Assembly: GCA_035651755.1 (NCBI GenBank)
Contig: DASRFA010000056.1
Location: 417,846-481,845 of the forward strand
DNA length: 64,000 nt
Source of the DNA: Candidatus Binatia bacterium
GTDB taxonomy: Bacteria > Desulfobacterota > Binatia > UBA12015
Direction of reading: 5' to 3'
Shown: in pieces, positions 8,642 through 18,377 of the stretch
Position numbering within the stretch: position 1 is the stretch's first letter
Layout of the letters: every line of letters starts with the position of its first letter
Position numbers and translations under genes: made by a program
Notes under the pieces: generated by a model
What the model saw: only the letters and a program-made list of their open reading frames with translations
Databases searched by the model: none
What the model was told of the DNA's origin: nothing

Positions 8642-9391
8642 ATGGATCTCGACGGGCGAGTGTGCGTGATCACGGGCGGCGCGTCGGGCATCGGCGCGGC
8701 CGGCGCGCGGCGATTCGCGGAGGCGGGCGCGCGCGTCGTCGTCGCCGACGTCGACGCCGAGCATGCGCGCTCGGTCGCGAGCGAGGTCGGCGGGACGGCG
8801 TTCGCCGTCGACGTGGCGGACGAGGCGGCGGTCGACGCGATGGTCGCGGACGTCGTCGCGCGCCACGGTCGGCTCGACGTGCTGTGGGCGAACGCCGGCA
8901 TCGCGGGCGTTCGCGCGCCGTGCGCCGAGCAGCCGACCGACGCGTGGGAGCGCGTCCTGCGCGTCAACCTGACGGGCGTCTTCCAGTGCTTCCGCGCGGC
9001 GCTCCGCCCGATGCTCGAAGCCGGGCGCGGGGCGTTGCTCGCGACGGCGTCGGTCGCGGGCCTGCGCGCGAGCGCCGGCAGCCCGGCCTACCACGCCGCG
9101 AAGGCGGGCGTCGTGATCCTGGTCCAGCACGTGGCGATGGCGTACGGCCCGCGCGGCATCCGCTGCAACGCCCTCTGCCCGGGCTTGACGGACACGCCCA
9201 TCCTGGATCCGTTCGCCGCGAGCCTTCCCGGCGGTCGCCAGGCGCTCTTCGATCGGATGCTGAAGGTGATTCCATCGCGCCGCGCCGGTCGGCCGAGCGA
9301 CATCGCGGACGCGGCGCTCTTCCTCGCGAGCGACGCGGCCTCCTACGTGAACGGCGTCGCGCTGCGCGTCGACGGCGGTCTCGGCGTGTAG
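8642..9391 (+). CDS. SDR family NAD(P)-dependent oxidoreductase
   Basis: The cofactor motif TGGASGIGAA, NAG, the catalytic YHAAK (YxxxK) and PG motifs are present. Length is 249 aa. Confidence 0.85.
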   Translation: MDLDGRVCVITGGASGIGAAGARRFAEAGARVVVADVDAEHARSVASEVGGTAFAVDVADEAAVDAMVADVVARHGRLDVLWANAGIAGVRAPCAEQPTDAWERVLRVNLTGVFQCFRAALRPMLEAGRGALLATASVAGLRASAGSPAYHAAKAGVVILVQHVAMAYGPRGIRCNALCPGLTDTPILDPFAASLPGGRQALFDRMLKVIPSRRAGRPSDIADAALFLASDAASYVNGVALRVDGGLGV

Positions 9392-9543
9392 AGCGCCGCT
9401 CGCGTTGCGGCGCGCGAACGCTGGCTCATCACGAACGAGGGCGGCGGCGGTCCTCGGACCGCCGCCGCCCCCGACGGAACGAATCCGGCGCGTCCGCCGG
9501 GCCGGTGGAAACGGCCCGGCGGCGCGGCGGAATCGACACGGGC

Positions 9544-10056
9544 TCACCCGTTGTCGGAGTGCCCGATCGTACGGCGAACGCTCAGGATCACGGTGAGCTG
9601 GCGGGCGCTCATGAACTGCTGCCCGCCGAGTCCGCCCCATTCCATCTGGATGGTGTGATCGCCCGCGGTCAGGAAGGCGGCGAAGTTCGCGGCCTGGCTG
9701 GTCGCGCCGCCGTGGACGCCCCAGAACGCCTGGACGATTCCCGGAGACGTCGGGAAGCCGTCGACGAGGGCGGCCACGTATTGCGCGTCCGCGGAATTCA
9801 TCTCGCCGGTGAAGAAGATCTGGACGTCCGCGATGAAGCCGCGCGGAATCGTCACCGGGATGATCATGTCGGGGATCCCGACGAACCCCGTGCTGAAGGA
9901 AGCGGTCGTCGTGATCGGATTGTTCGCTGCCACCGACGTCATGCGCACCTCGCCCTTCGGCGTGAAGGCCGGACCGAGCTGGATCGCGGCGGAAGCGAGC
10001 CCGCTCTGCGTCAACATCGAAACGACGGTGAGCGCGACGGCAAAACTCTTCCTCAT
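9544..10056 (-). CDS. secreted hypothetical protein (signal peptide, Cys-free)
   Basis: The signal peptide MRKSFAVALTVVSMLTQSGLASA is followed by non-arginine-biased composition. No family was recognised. Confidence 0.5.
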   Translation of the reverse strand: MRKSFAVALTVVSMLTQSGLASAAIQLGPAFTPKGEVRMTSVAANNPITTTASFSTGFVGIPDMIIPVTIPRGFIADVQIFFTGEMNSADAQYVAALVDGFPTSPGIVQAFWGVHGGATSQAANFAAFLTAGDHTIQMEWGGLGGQQFMSARQLTVILSVRRTIGHSDNG

Positions 10057-10363
10057 GTTTCCTTCTCCTCGTCTCGTTCGGGTCGGTGAAATGACCGAGC
10101 CCCGCTCGGCGCGGGAAGCGCCGAGTTGCCGAGCGCGGGAAGCGACGCAGGCGTCGTGCCACGATGCGCGCGCGAAAAAAGCCGCGTGCTCACGAGCATC
10201 GCGCCGTCGTCGGGAACGCGCGCCACCGCGAAACGTCGCCGCGTGTTCCTCGCGCTACGAACGCCGGTGCACGGGCTCCGCCGCGCGGTCGCGCATCGCA
10301 TGCCGCGCGCGAAGCGCGACGACACGCCGTGCGAGCGCGCGCGTCGTCCCTCGAACGGAAACG

Positions 10364-10409
10364 AAAAAGGGCGCTGCCTCGCGACCGGGGTGGTCGCGAG
10401 GCAGCGCCC
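10364..10409 (-). terminator. rho-independent terminator for the small secreted-protein genes
   Basis: On the minus strand the sequence reads GGGCGCTGCCTCGCGACC-ACCCCG-GGTCGCGAGGCAGCGCCC followed by TTTTT. The stem is perfect at about 18 bp. Confidence 0.7.
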
Positions 10410-10456
10410 GTGGTGCGCCGGCCTCGGCGCGGAGGCGACGAGGCGCCGACTGGCCG

Positions 10457-10837
10457 TCAGCGCAGGTCGATGCTCCGGACCGGAACCTCGTTCGCGTCGC
10501 GCAGGGTGAGGTTCGCACGGATGAACTTCGCGCTGCCCGCGATGTCGACGCTGCAGGCGTAGGCGACGCCGTTCGCGATGTTCGCGAACACCTGGCAGAT
10601 GAACCCGGCCTCGACGGGCCCGTTGCAGCTCGACGACGCGGGGACGATGTTGCCCGACTCGTCGTAGATGTGGGCATCGACGCTCACCGGCGTCGGCCCG
10701 CCGTTGCCGATGGTGCATCCGGCCTGGCGCTGCGCGATCGAGCCGTAGATGGCTGCGCTCGAAAGCTTGGCGGCGTGGGACGCGGCGGCCGTGCCGAGCA
10801 AGAACGCGATGGCGGTCAAAACGATCGAAGCTCTCAT
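10457..10837 (-). CDS. small secreted 4-Cys protein (paralog A)
   Basis: The signal peptide MRASIVLTAIAFLLGTAAASHA precedes ~100 mature residues with 4 Cys. It shares CNGP..AC.VD..G.AK..RA.L.LR..DLR motifs with the adjacent gene. Confidence 0.65.
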   Translation of the reverse strand: MRASIVLTAIAFLLGTAAASHAAKLSSAAIYGSIAQRQAGCTIGNGGPTPVSVDAHIYDESGNIVPASSSCNGPVEAGFICQVFANIANGVAYACSVDIAGSAKFIRANLTLRDANEVPVRSIDLR

Positions 10838-10888
10838 GGCGATCTCCTTTTCGCGAGACGTTGCAGACGATTTGGGAAGGCGCGGCTG

Positions 10889-11293
10889 CTAGCGCAGCTC
10901 CGACGACGCGACGACCTTCAGGCCACCCGTGCTGACGGGCGCGCGCAGCTCGGCGGCGGCGCGCAGGTTCTTCGCGTTGCCGAAGACATCGGCGGTGCAG
11001 GCGAACGAGGTGTCGTCGTCGATGTCGTTCCAGATCAGGACGCACGTGCGGCCCGGAGCGAGAGGCGCGCCGTTGCAGTTGTCGAAATTCGGGAAGGTGA
11101 AGTTCCGGGTGAAGTTGATCATGCCCTGCGCCTGGAACGAGATGGGGGTCGCGCCGACGTTCCGGAAGTAGCAGGCAACCCGATTGTCGACGCCGGTCGG
11201 GATGCTGCCGCTCGTGATCGTCTGAGCGGCGTGCGCGGCACTCGCGACGCCGAGCATCGCGACGAGAGCGGCAAGGGCGGTCTTGATCTTCAT
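10889..11293 (-). CDS. small secreted 4-Cys protein (paralog B)
   Basis: An internal ATG at 11291-11293 gives MKIKTALAALVAMLGVASAAHA, a signal peptide, with 4 Cys after it. The 348-aa track ORF is an arginine-rich artefactual extension. Confidence 0.65.
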   Translation of the reverse strand: MKIKTALAALVAMLGVASAAHAAQTITSGSIPTGVDNRVACYFRNVGATPISFQAQGMINFTRNFTFPNFDNCNGAPLAPGRTCVLIWNDIDDDTSFACTADVFGNAKNLRAAAELRAPVSTGGLKVVASSELR

Positions 11294-11700
11294 GGAGTCC
11301 TCCTTCGATGAGCCGAGAGCGCGGGGGTCATCCACTCGGCGGTCGCGGCTCCGTTTGCGAAGCGCTGCCGCGCCACGACGCAGGGGGCGTGCCACCAGAC
11401 GACCGCCCGTCGCCGCGCGGAGGGCCGCTCGCGCGCCGGACGCGCTATGAACACCGGTTCGCAAACGAGCCGTGATCGCGCCGTTTGGTGAACCGCAGTT
11501 CCTGTCGGCGGTGTCGGTCGTCGGGACGCATCCCAAACGCCCTTGGGCCGAGAAGGAGCGGCGCGCCCTCGGGATTTCGCGCTCGGAGCGAACGCTCCGA
11601 GGCGTGCGGCCGGTCCGGCACCGCCCTTGCGAATCCGCTTCGCGCGCTTCGGACGTTCCGGAACTCCCGACCGCCGAATCCGACGATCGAATCTCGACCA

Positions 11701-13371
11701 ATGACCGATTGGAGTCTGGACATCCCGCCGCCGCGGGCCGAGTCTCGGGCGATGATCGCGCCCGCGACCGAACGGCCGGCGGCGAGCGCGCCCGCCGTCC
11801 GCCGAAGGGCGGGATTGGACGCGGCACCCATCCTCGTGGTCGCGTCGGCGCTCGTCTACTCGGCGGCCTTCCCACCGCTCGACGTCGCCGCGCTCGCATG
11901 GGTCGGCCTGGTGCCGTTCTTCGTCGCCGCGGCAAAGGCGCGCTCGGTGCGGCGCGCCGCGCTCCTCGGGCTCCTGTGGGGCGTCGCCCTGACGGCCGGC
12001 GTCGGGTGGCCGCTGCCCGGCATGATCGTCCGCTACTTCGGCGAGCCGGCGTGGGTGGCGGCGCTCGTCTCGCTCGCGGTCGCGATCGGTCTCTCCGGCG
12101 TTTTCTACGCGGCGTTCGCCGGCTGGCTCGCGGTCGTCGCCCGTGCCGGCGCCGCGGGACCGCTTCTCGTCGCCGCGGGGTTCGCGGCGTGCGAGCTTCT
12201 GCGCGGCAGCCTGGTCGGCGCGAACCCGTGGGGTCTCGCGGCCTACTCGCAGACGAGCTCGGCGGCGGCGCTCCCGATCGTGCAGATCGCCGACCTCGCG
12301 GGCCCGTACGCGATCGGCTTCCTCGTGGCCGCGGTCAACGCCTCGCTCGCGGCATGCGCGACGCGGGCGCTGCGCGGGCGCCATCCGCGTGCCGCGATCG
12401 CCTGCGTCGCCGCGCTGCTGGTCGGAGCGACGGCCTACGGGCTCGCGCGGCTCGCGACCCCGTTCGACGGAGATCCGATCGCGGTCGCGATCGTCCAGCC
12501 GGGAACGGCGCGCGGCTTCGAGTGGCGGCCGGAGTACGCGAAGGAGCTGCCGGAGGGCCTCCTCGCGCAGAGCGAGGCGGCCGCCGTCCGGGACGCGGCG
12601 CTCGTCGTCTGGCCGGAGAGCGCGGTCAGCTTCTACGTCCAGGAGGATCGGCCGGAGCGCCGGGCGCTGCTCGCCGCGGTCGGCGAGCGGGCGCGCGACC
12701 TGGTGTTCGGCGGGCCCGCGTACGCCTACGGCGAGCGCGCCGTCGAGTACTACAACTCGATCTTCCTCGTGCGGGACGGGCGGCTCGCCGGCCGGTACGA
12801 CAAGCTCCGCCTCGTGCCGCTCGCCGAGCGCGACGACCTCCACGGGCTCCTTCCGCGCGCGTACGCCTACACGCCGGGACGCGACGCGGCGCCGCTCCGC
12901 TCGCGCGCGGGCAAGCTCGGCGCGTTCCTCTGCTTCGAGGCGATGTATCCCGAGACCGTCCGGCGGTTCGTCGCGGGCGGCGCGGATCTCCTCGTCAATC
13001 TCTCGAACGACGCCTGGTTCGGGGGCGCTGCTCCGGCGGAGATGCACCTCGCGATGGCGCGGCTGCGCGCCGTCGAAACGCGGCGCTGGCTGGTTCGCGG
13101 CGCGACGACCGGCGTCTCCGCCATCGTCGATCCGCACGGCCGGGTGACGGCCCGGAGCGCATGGGGCGAGCCCGCCATCGTCACCGGCGACGTCCGCCGG
13201 GCGGCGTCCAGCACCTTCTACGCGCAGCACGGAGACGTGCTCGCGTGGCTCGATTTGATCGTGGTCTTCGCGGTGGCGCTGCGCTATTCCATCGGAAGCG
13301 CGCGGCGTCGCTCGAGGCCCCAAAACGCCGCGGCTGGCCCTGCCGAGCCGTCGGGGGAGGACAATCCATGA
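11701..13371 (+). CDS. lnt: apolipoprotein N-acyltransferase
   Basis: N-terminal TM helices are followed by a CN-hydrolase domain (VVWPES..YDKLRLVPLAE..FLCFEAMYPE..LVNLSNDAWFG). The ATG at 11701 follows an arginine-rich leader in the track ORF. Confidence 0.85.
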   Translation: MTDWSLDIPPPRAESRAMIAPATERPAASAPAVRRRAGLDAAPILVVASALVYSAAFPPLDVAALAWVGLVPFFVAAAKARSVRRAALLGLLWGVALTAGVGWPLPGMIVRYFGEPAWVAALVSLAVAIGLSGVFYAAFAGWLAVVARAGAAGPLLVAAGFAACELLRGSLVGANPWGLAAYSQTSSAAALPIVQIADLAGPYAIGFLVAAVNASLAACATRALRGRHPRAAIACVAALLVGATAYGLARLATPFDGDPIAVAIVQPGTARGFEWRPEYAKELPEGLLAQSEAAAVRDAALVVWPESAVSFYVQEDRPERRALLAAVGERARDLVFGGPAYAYGERAVEYYNSIFLVRDGRLAGRYDKLRLVPLAERDDLHGLLPRAYAYTPGRDAAPLRSRAGKLGAFLCFEAMYPETVRRFVAGGADLLVNLSNDAWFGGAAPAEMHLAMARLRAVETRRWLVRGATTGVSAIVDPHGRVTARSAWGEPAIVTGDVRRAASSTFYAQHGDVLAWLDLIVVFAVALRYSIGSARRRSRPQNAAAGPAEPSGEDNP

Positions 13372-14063
13372 ATTCGAAGATCAACGCCAAGATCGGCTTC
13401 GCGCCGCTCGCGGTCGGCCTCTTCTTGGCCGCCTGCGCGACGTCCGCGCTCGCCGGCGCGCCGCCGGCCGAGGTGCGCGAGGACGCGCTGCCGCACGTCT
13501 GCAAGGCCGGGCCGACACCGGGCGCCGCCTGCACGGCCAACTCGACCACGTGCGATCCGGGAACCTGCGTCGTGGACTTCGAGCGCGGCAAGACCTGGAC
13601 CGGCGTGTTCACCCTGATCGTCGACGACACGGCGAGCGCGTTCGACCCCAACAACCGCACGCGCACCGCGATCACGGGGACGCTGACGCTCGAGGTCAAG
13701 TACAAGGGCGTGGCCGACGTCATCAGCAAGACCTTCCTGAACATGGACGGCGCGACGCTCGGCGACGTGCTCAACTCGCTCTCGACCGTCGGGCCTCAGC
13801 TCGCGGACTCGCCTGTGAGCGTGCACGAGGACCAGGTCGTCAACTTCGTGAACAACTCGCAGATGATGTCGCAGTTCCTCTTCCAGTCGGGCGACTCGAC
13901 GATGGCGCAGGCCCTCCGCAATCTGCTGCAGACGACCGGGAACCCCGTGATCACCAAGGTGTTGAAGCTCCAGCTCTTCGACCACAGCCCGGGATCGCTC
14001 CTCGAGCCCAACGCTGCGACCGTCATCCGCGCGAAGGTCCGGGGCGCCGTCGTCAATCCCTGA
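13368..14063 (+). CDS. lipoprotein, hypothetical (Cys-rich N-terminal segment)
   Basis: An ATGA overlap with the lnt stop and an upstream GGGGGAGGA RBS are present. A signal peptide with lipobox LAAC is followed by CKAGPTPGAACTANSTTCDPGTC. Confidence 0.65.
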   Translation: MNSKINAKIGFAPLAVGLFLAACATSALAGAPPAEVREDALPHVCKAGPTPGAACTANSTTCDPGTCVVDFERGKTWTGVFTLIVDDTASAFDPNNRTRTAITGTLTLEVKYKGVADVISKTFLNMDGATLGDVLNSLSTVGPQLADSPVSVHEDQVVNFVNNSQMMSQFLFQSGDSTMAQALRNLLQTTGNPVITKVLKLQLFDHSPGSLLEPNAATVIRAKVRGAVVNP

Positions 14064-14082
14064 GCGCGCACTCCAGCCATCC

Positions 14083-16674
14083 GTGGCCGAAAAATTTGCC
14101 ACGCCCGAGCGCGTCCAGCGCCCGGTGCGGCTGGCGGCGGTCGCGATCGGGCTCTTCTGCGTCGTCGTCGGCACGCTGGCGACGCTGTCGAGCCTCGCCT
14201 GGATCGGGCGGACGTTTCCCGGCTTCTTCGTCGTCGAGGATCGCCTCGTGCCGGCGATCGGCCTCCCGCAGTGGGCGGCGACGGAGGTGCCGGCGCTCTA
14301 CCTGAGCCAGGTGGTCGCGGTCGACGGGACGCCGGTCTCGGACGAGCCCGAGATCTACGCCCGCGCCGCGCCGACCGAGCCCGGAACGCCGCTCGTCTAC
14401 ACGCTCCGCCGTCACGGCGAGGAGCGCACGGTCGCGATCCCGACCGAGCGCTTCACCGGCCGGGATTGGGTGCTGCTCTTCGGCAGCTACCTCGTGAACG
14501 GCGCGATCTTCCTCGCGTCGGGGCTGCTCGCGTGGGCGCTCCGGCCGAGATCCGTGCTGAGCAATGCGTTCCTCGCGTTCGGCGGCTGCTGCTCGATCTT
14601 CCTCTTCACCGCGATGGATCTCTACGGACCGGCGATGTTCCTCCACCTCTACCTGCTCGCGAACGCGCTGCTGCCGGCGACGGCGCTCCAGCTCGCCCTG
14701 GTCTTCCCGGAACCGCACCCCTTCGCGCGCTGGCGCTTCGCCGGCTACGCGCCCGGCATCGTCGTGTTCGCGCTCTACGAGGCCTTCCTCCGCCGGCCGG
14801 ACGTGTCGAGCGCGGTCTTCGTGTACAACACGATCGCGCTCGGGCTGGTGGGTGCGTTCTTCGGTGGGCGCCTGCTGCGGGGCTGGTGGCGAAGCGGCTC
14901 CGCGCTCGTGCGGCAGCGCGCGCGCCTCATCACCCTCGGAACGCTCGTCGGCCTGACGCTTCCCGGCGTCATCCTGATCGTCACCTCGCTCGTCAGCGGC
15001 CGGCTCGCCATGAACGCGAGCCTGTACGCGTTCTTCCTGTTCCCGCTCACGCTCGCGTACGCGATCGTCAAGCACGACCTGTTCGAGATCGACGCGATGG
15101 TGAAGCGCGGGGCGACGTACCTCGTGCTGACCGGCGCCGTCGGCGGCGCGTACGTGGTGCTGCTGCTGGTCTTCAACCTCATCCTCCGCTGGGGCGCCGT
15201 CACGAACTCGCCGGCGTTTCCGATCCTGTTCACGATCGCCGTCCTGATCGTGTTCGACCCGCTTCGCGTCCGCCTCCAGGCGCTCGTCGATCGGGTCTTC
15301 TTCCGCACCCGCTACGACGGCGCGCAGGCGCTGGCGGAGGTCGGCGCCCGCCTCGCGGGCGCTCTCCGGCGCGACGAGATCGTGCTCCTCGTCAAGGACG
15401 CCGTCGAGCAGGCGATCCCGAACTCGGGGACGCGCCTCTTCCTGCGCAGCGACGACGGGTCCGCGCTGACGGATACCGAGGCTCGCGGGACGCTCGACGA
15501 GCCCGCGCTGCTGGCCGCGCTCGAGGCGGGCAGGCTGCCGACGACGTTCGATCCGCCGGAGCTCTACCCGTCGCGCGACGACGCGGACGCGGCGCGCGAG
15601 GCGCTGCTCGCGCGCGGCGCCGAGATCGCGGTGCCGCTCTCGCAGGGCGGCTCGCTCGCCGGCGCGCTCGTCGTCGGCCCGAAGCGCTCCGGGCTCTTCT
15701 ACACCGGCGGCGACGCGGAGTTCCTGCGCGCGCTCGCGCACTCCGCCGCGATCGCCCTCCAGAACGCCGCCTCGTACGAGCAGCTCGTCGCGCTGAACGC
15801 GACGCTCGAGACGCGCGTCGCGGAGCGGACCGAGGAGCTCGCGACGTCGAACGCGGAGCTCACGCGATCGCACGCCGAGCTCGAGCGGGCGTACGGCGAG
15901 CTGCAGAGCGCCGAGGTGCAGCTCGTGCAGTCGGAGAAGATGGCGTCGCTCGGCCGGCTCGCGGCGGGCGTCGCGCACGAGATCAACAACCCGGTGAGCT
16001 TCATCGCGTCGAACGTCGAGCCTCTTCAGCACTGCCTCGCGCGCCTCGCGTCCATCGTGCCCGACTCGGAGCGCGAGCCGCTCGAGGACGCGACGGAGAT
16101 CGTCTCGATCATCGGGCGCGGCGCCGAGCGGACGGCCCGCATCGTCGCCGACCTGCGCTCGTTCTCGCGCCTCGGCGAAGCCCAGCACAAGGAGGCCGAC
16201 CTGAAGGAGGCGCTCGACGTCACCGTGCGCCTCCTCGAGCCGCGGTGGCGCGATCGCATCCAGATCCACCGCGACTACGCCGGCCTGCCCCGGATCACCT
16301 GCGACGTCGGCCAGGTGAACCAGGCGCTGATGAACATCCTCGCGAACGCCTGCGACGCGATTCGAGGCCGCGGAAACATCTGGATCACGGGCCGGGAAGT
16401 CGGCAACGACGTCGAGATCGAGATCCGGGACGACGGCTGCGGCATCCCGCCCGACGTGCTGCAGCGCGTTTTCGATCCGTTCTTCACGACGAAGGACGTC
16501 GGGCACGGGACCGGCCTCGGCCTCTCGATCGTGCACGGGATCGCGCGCGCGCACGGCGGCCGCGTCACGGTCACGAGCGAGCCCGGCCGCGGAACGTCGT
16601 TCGTCCTCGTGCTCCCGGCGCGCCCGAGCACGGAGGCGGGAGCGCCGGCCGCCGCGTCGGCGCGTGCGGGCTGA
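14083..16674 (+). CDS. sensor histidine kinase with extracytoplasmic domain, 7TM region, GAF-like linker, HisKA and HATPase_c
   Basis: Seven hydrophobic helices span about residues 130-400. The H-box is AAGVAHEINNPVSF. N, G1 (DDGCGIP) and G2 (GTGLGLSI) boxes are present. Confidence 0.85.
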   Translation: MAEKFATPERVQRPVRLAAVAIGLFCVVVGTLATLSSLAWIGRTFPGFFVVEDRLVPAIGLPQWAATEVPALYLSQVVAVDGTPVSDEPEIYARAAPTEPGTPLVYTLRRHGEERTVAIPTERFTGRDWVLLFGSYLVNGAIFLASGLLAWALRPRSVLSNAFLAFGGCCSIFLFTAMDLYGPAMFLHLYLLANALLPATALQLALVFPEPHPFARWRFAGYAPGIVVFALYEAFLRRPDVSSAVFVYNTIALGLVGAFFGGRLLRGWWRSGSALVRQRARLITLGTLVGLTLPGVILIVTSLVSGRLAMNASLYAFFLFPLTLAYAIVKHDLFEIDAMVKRGATYLVLTGAVGGAYVVLLLVFNLILRWGAVTNSPAFPILFTIAVLIVFDPLRVRLQALVDRVFFRTRYDGAQALAEVGARLAGALRRDEIVLLVKDAVEQAIPNSGTRLFLRSDDGSALTDTEARGTLDEPALLAALEAGRLPTTFDPPELYPSRDDADAAREALLARGAEIAVPLSQGGSLAGALVVGPKRSGLFYTGGDAEFLRALAHSAAIALQNAASYEQLVALNATLETRVAERTEELATSNAELTRSHAELERAYGELQSAEVQLVQSEKMASLGRLAAGVAHEINNPVSFIASNVEPLQHCLARLASIVPDSEREPLEDATEIVSIIGRGAERTARIVADLRSFSRLGEAQHKEADLKEALDVTVRLLEPRWRDRIQIHRDYAGLPRITCDVGQVNQALMNILANACDAIRGRGNIWITGREVGNDVEIEIRDDGCGIPPDVLQRVFDPFFTTKDVGHGTGLGLSIVHGIARAHGGRVTVTSEPGRGTSFVLVLPARPSTEAGAPAAASARAG

Positions 16675-16768
16675 GCCGGCCGGCCGACCGCGCCTCTCTT
16701 GCGAGCGCGGTCCGGGCATCTCATCGTTGCGCTGGAACTCGGCCGGCCCGAAGGGCAATCTCCCGGAA

Positions 16769-18268
16769 ATGCCCGAGATCGACTACCGCGCCTACCCGGT
16801 CCTCGTCGTGGACGACGAGCCGGACATCCTGGCGTCGTTCCGCCTGGCCTACAAGCGCGACTTCACGCTCCTCTGCGCGGAGAGCGGCGCGGAAGGGCTC
16901 GAGCTGCTGCGGAAGACGGAGGTCGCGGTCGCGGTCGCCGACCAGCGGATGCCCGAGATGCCGGGCGTCGAGTTCCTGCGACAGAGCCAGGAGATCCGTC
17001 CGCAGGCGGTCCGGATCATCTTGACGGGCTACGCCGACATCGAGGTCCTGATCGACGCCGTCAACTCCAGCCGGATCTACCGCTACGTGACCAAGCCCTG
17101 GGACCACCAGGAGATGCGCATCACGCTCCGGCGCGCGATCGAGACCTACCACCTCGAGTGCGAGAACGCGCGCCTCCTGAAGGAGCTCCAGGCGGCGAAC
17201 GAGCGCCTCGGCGCGGAGAACGTCTACCTCCGCAAGCGCGAGGAGGAGGACGCCGGCATCGACGGGATCGTCGGCACGAGCGCGGCGATGCGCGAGGTGC
17301 AGCGGCTCATGGAGCGCGTCGGCCCGTCGCCCTCGACCGTGCTGCTGCTGGGCGAGACCGGCACCGGGAAGGAGCTCCTCGCGCGCGCGATCCATCGCCT
17401 GAGCCCGCGCCGCGATCGCATGTTCGTCGCGGTCAACTGCGCGGCGCTCTCGGAGAACCTTCTCGAGAGCGAGCTCTTCGGCCACCGCCGCGGCTCGTTC
17501 ACGGGCGCGCTCGCGGACAAGAAAGGCCTCTTCGAGGTCGCGCACGAGGGAACGATCTTCCTCGACGAGGTCGGCGAGACGACGCCGGCGCTCCAGGCGA
17601 AGCTGCTGCGCGTCCTGCAGGAGGGCGAGATCCTGCCGGTCGGCGAGACCAAGCCGAAATCGATCGACGTGCGCGTCGTCGCCGCCACGAACCGGAAGCT
17701 CGACGAGGAGGTCGAAGCGGGCCGCTTCCGGCGCGACCTCTACTACCGGCTCCGCGTCTTTCCGATCCGCGTCCCGCCGCTCCGCGAGCGGCGCGACGAC
17801 GTGCCGTCGCTCGCGCAGCACTTCCTCGCGAAGTACGCGGGCCGGATCGGGAAGCGCGTCGGCGGCTTCACGGACGAGGCGGTCGCGCTGCTGCGGGCCT
17901 ACTCGTACCCGGGGAACGTCCGCGAGCTCGAGAACGAGATCGAGCGCGCGGTCCTGCTCGCCGACGCGGGCGCGCCGATCACGGCCGCGGAGCTCTCGGA
18001 GGAGATCGCGCTCGAGGCGGAGGGCGCCGCGAGCGACGAGCTGCGTGCGGGCGGCGGCGTCGCGGGCGATGCGGGCAGCGTCGCCGGCGCCGCCGCCGGC
18101 TCGGCGGCGGCGCCGGTCGACCTCCGCGACCGGAAGGATGCCTTCGAGCGCGAGCAGATCACCGCCGCGCTCGGGCGGAACGCCGGAAGCAAGACGCGCG
18201 CGGCGCGGGAGCTCGGGATCACCTATCGCGGGCTGCTCAAGAAGATGCAGCGGCTCGGAATGACCTGA
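16769..18268 (+). CDS. sigma-54-dependent response regulator (NtrC/Fis family: REC, AAA+ and HTH)
   Basis: The receiver domain shows [11 protein letters not shown]...ADQRMPEM. The AAA+ core shows [21 protein letters not shown] and ESELFGH. A C-terminal Fis-type HTH is present. The ATG at 16769 follows an artefactual leader. Confidence 0.9.
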   Translation: MPEIDYRAYPVLVVDDEPDILASFRLAYKRDFTLLCAESGAEGLELLRKTEVAVAVADQRMPEMPGVEFLRQSQEIRPQAVRIILTGYADIEVLIDAVNSSRIYRYVTKPWDHQEMRITLRRAIETYHLECENARLLKELQAANERLGAENVYLRKREEEDAGIDGIVGTSAAMREVQRLMERVGPSPSTVLLLGETGTGKELLARAIHRLSPRRDRMFVAVNCAALSENLLESELFGHRRGSFTGALADKKGLFEVAHEGTIFLDEVGETTPALQAKLLRVLQEGEILPVGETKPKSIDVRVVAATNRKLDEEVEAGRFRRDLYYRLRVFPIRVPPLRERRDDVPSLAQHFLAKYAGRIGKRVGGFTDEAVALLRAYSYPGNVRELENEIERAVLLADAGAPITAAELSEEIALEAEGAASDELRAGGGVAGDAGSVAGAAAGSAAAPVDLRDRKDAFEREQITAALGRNAGSKTRAARELGITYRGLLKKMQRLGMT

Positions 18269-18377
18269 TCGTCGGGCGCGGGATGAAGAGCTCGTTCGGC
18301 GGCCACGCGGGCGCGGTCACCGGCGCCGCCTGAAAGGGCGACGCCGGCCGTGCCGCCTGCGGCAGCGGCGACAGAAC

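Noticed and set aside
8438-10162. 574-aa minus-strand ORF spanning the SDR region
   Set aside because: It is arginine-rich antisense of the well-supported SDR gene and has no motifs.
11290-13323. 677-aa minus-strand ORF antisense to lnt
   Set aside because: It has extreme Arg/Asp/Gly bias and is antisense to a confidently identified gene.
14053-16758. 901-aa minus-strand ORF antisense to the histidine kinase
   Set aside because: It is an arginine-rich antisense artefact of GC-rich coding sequence.
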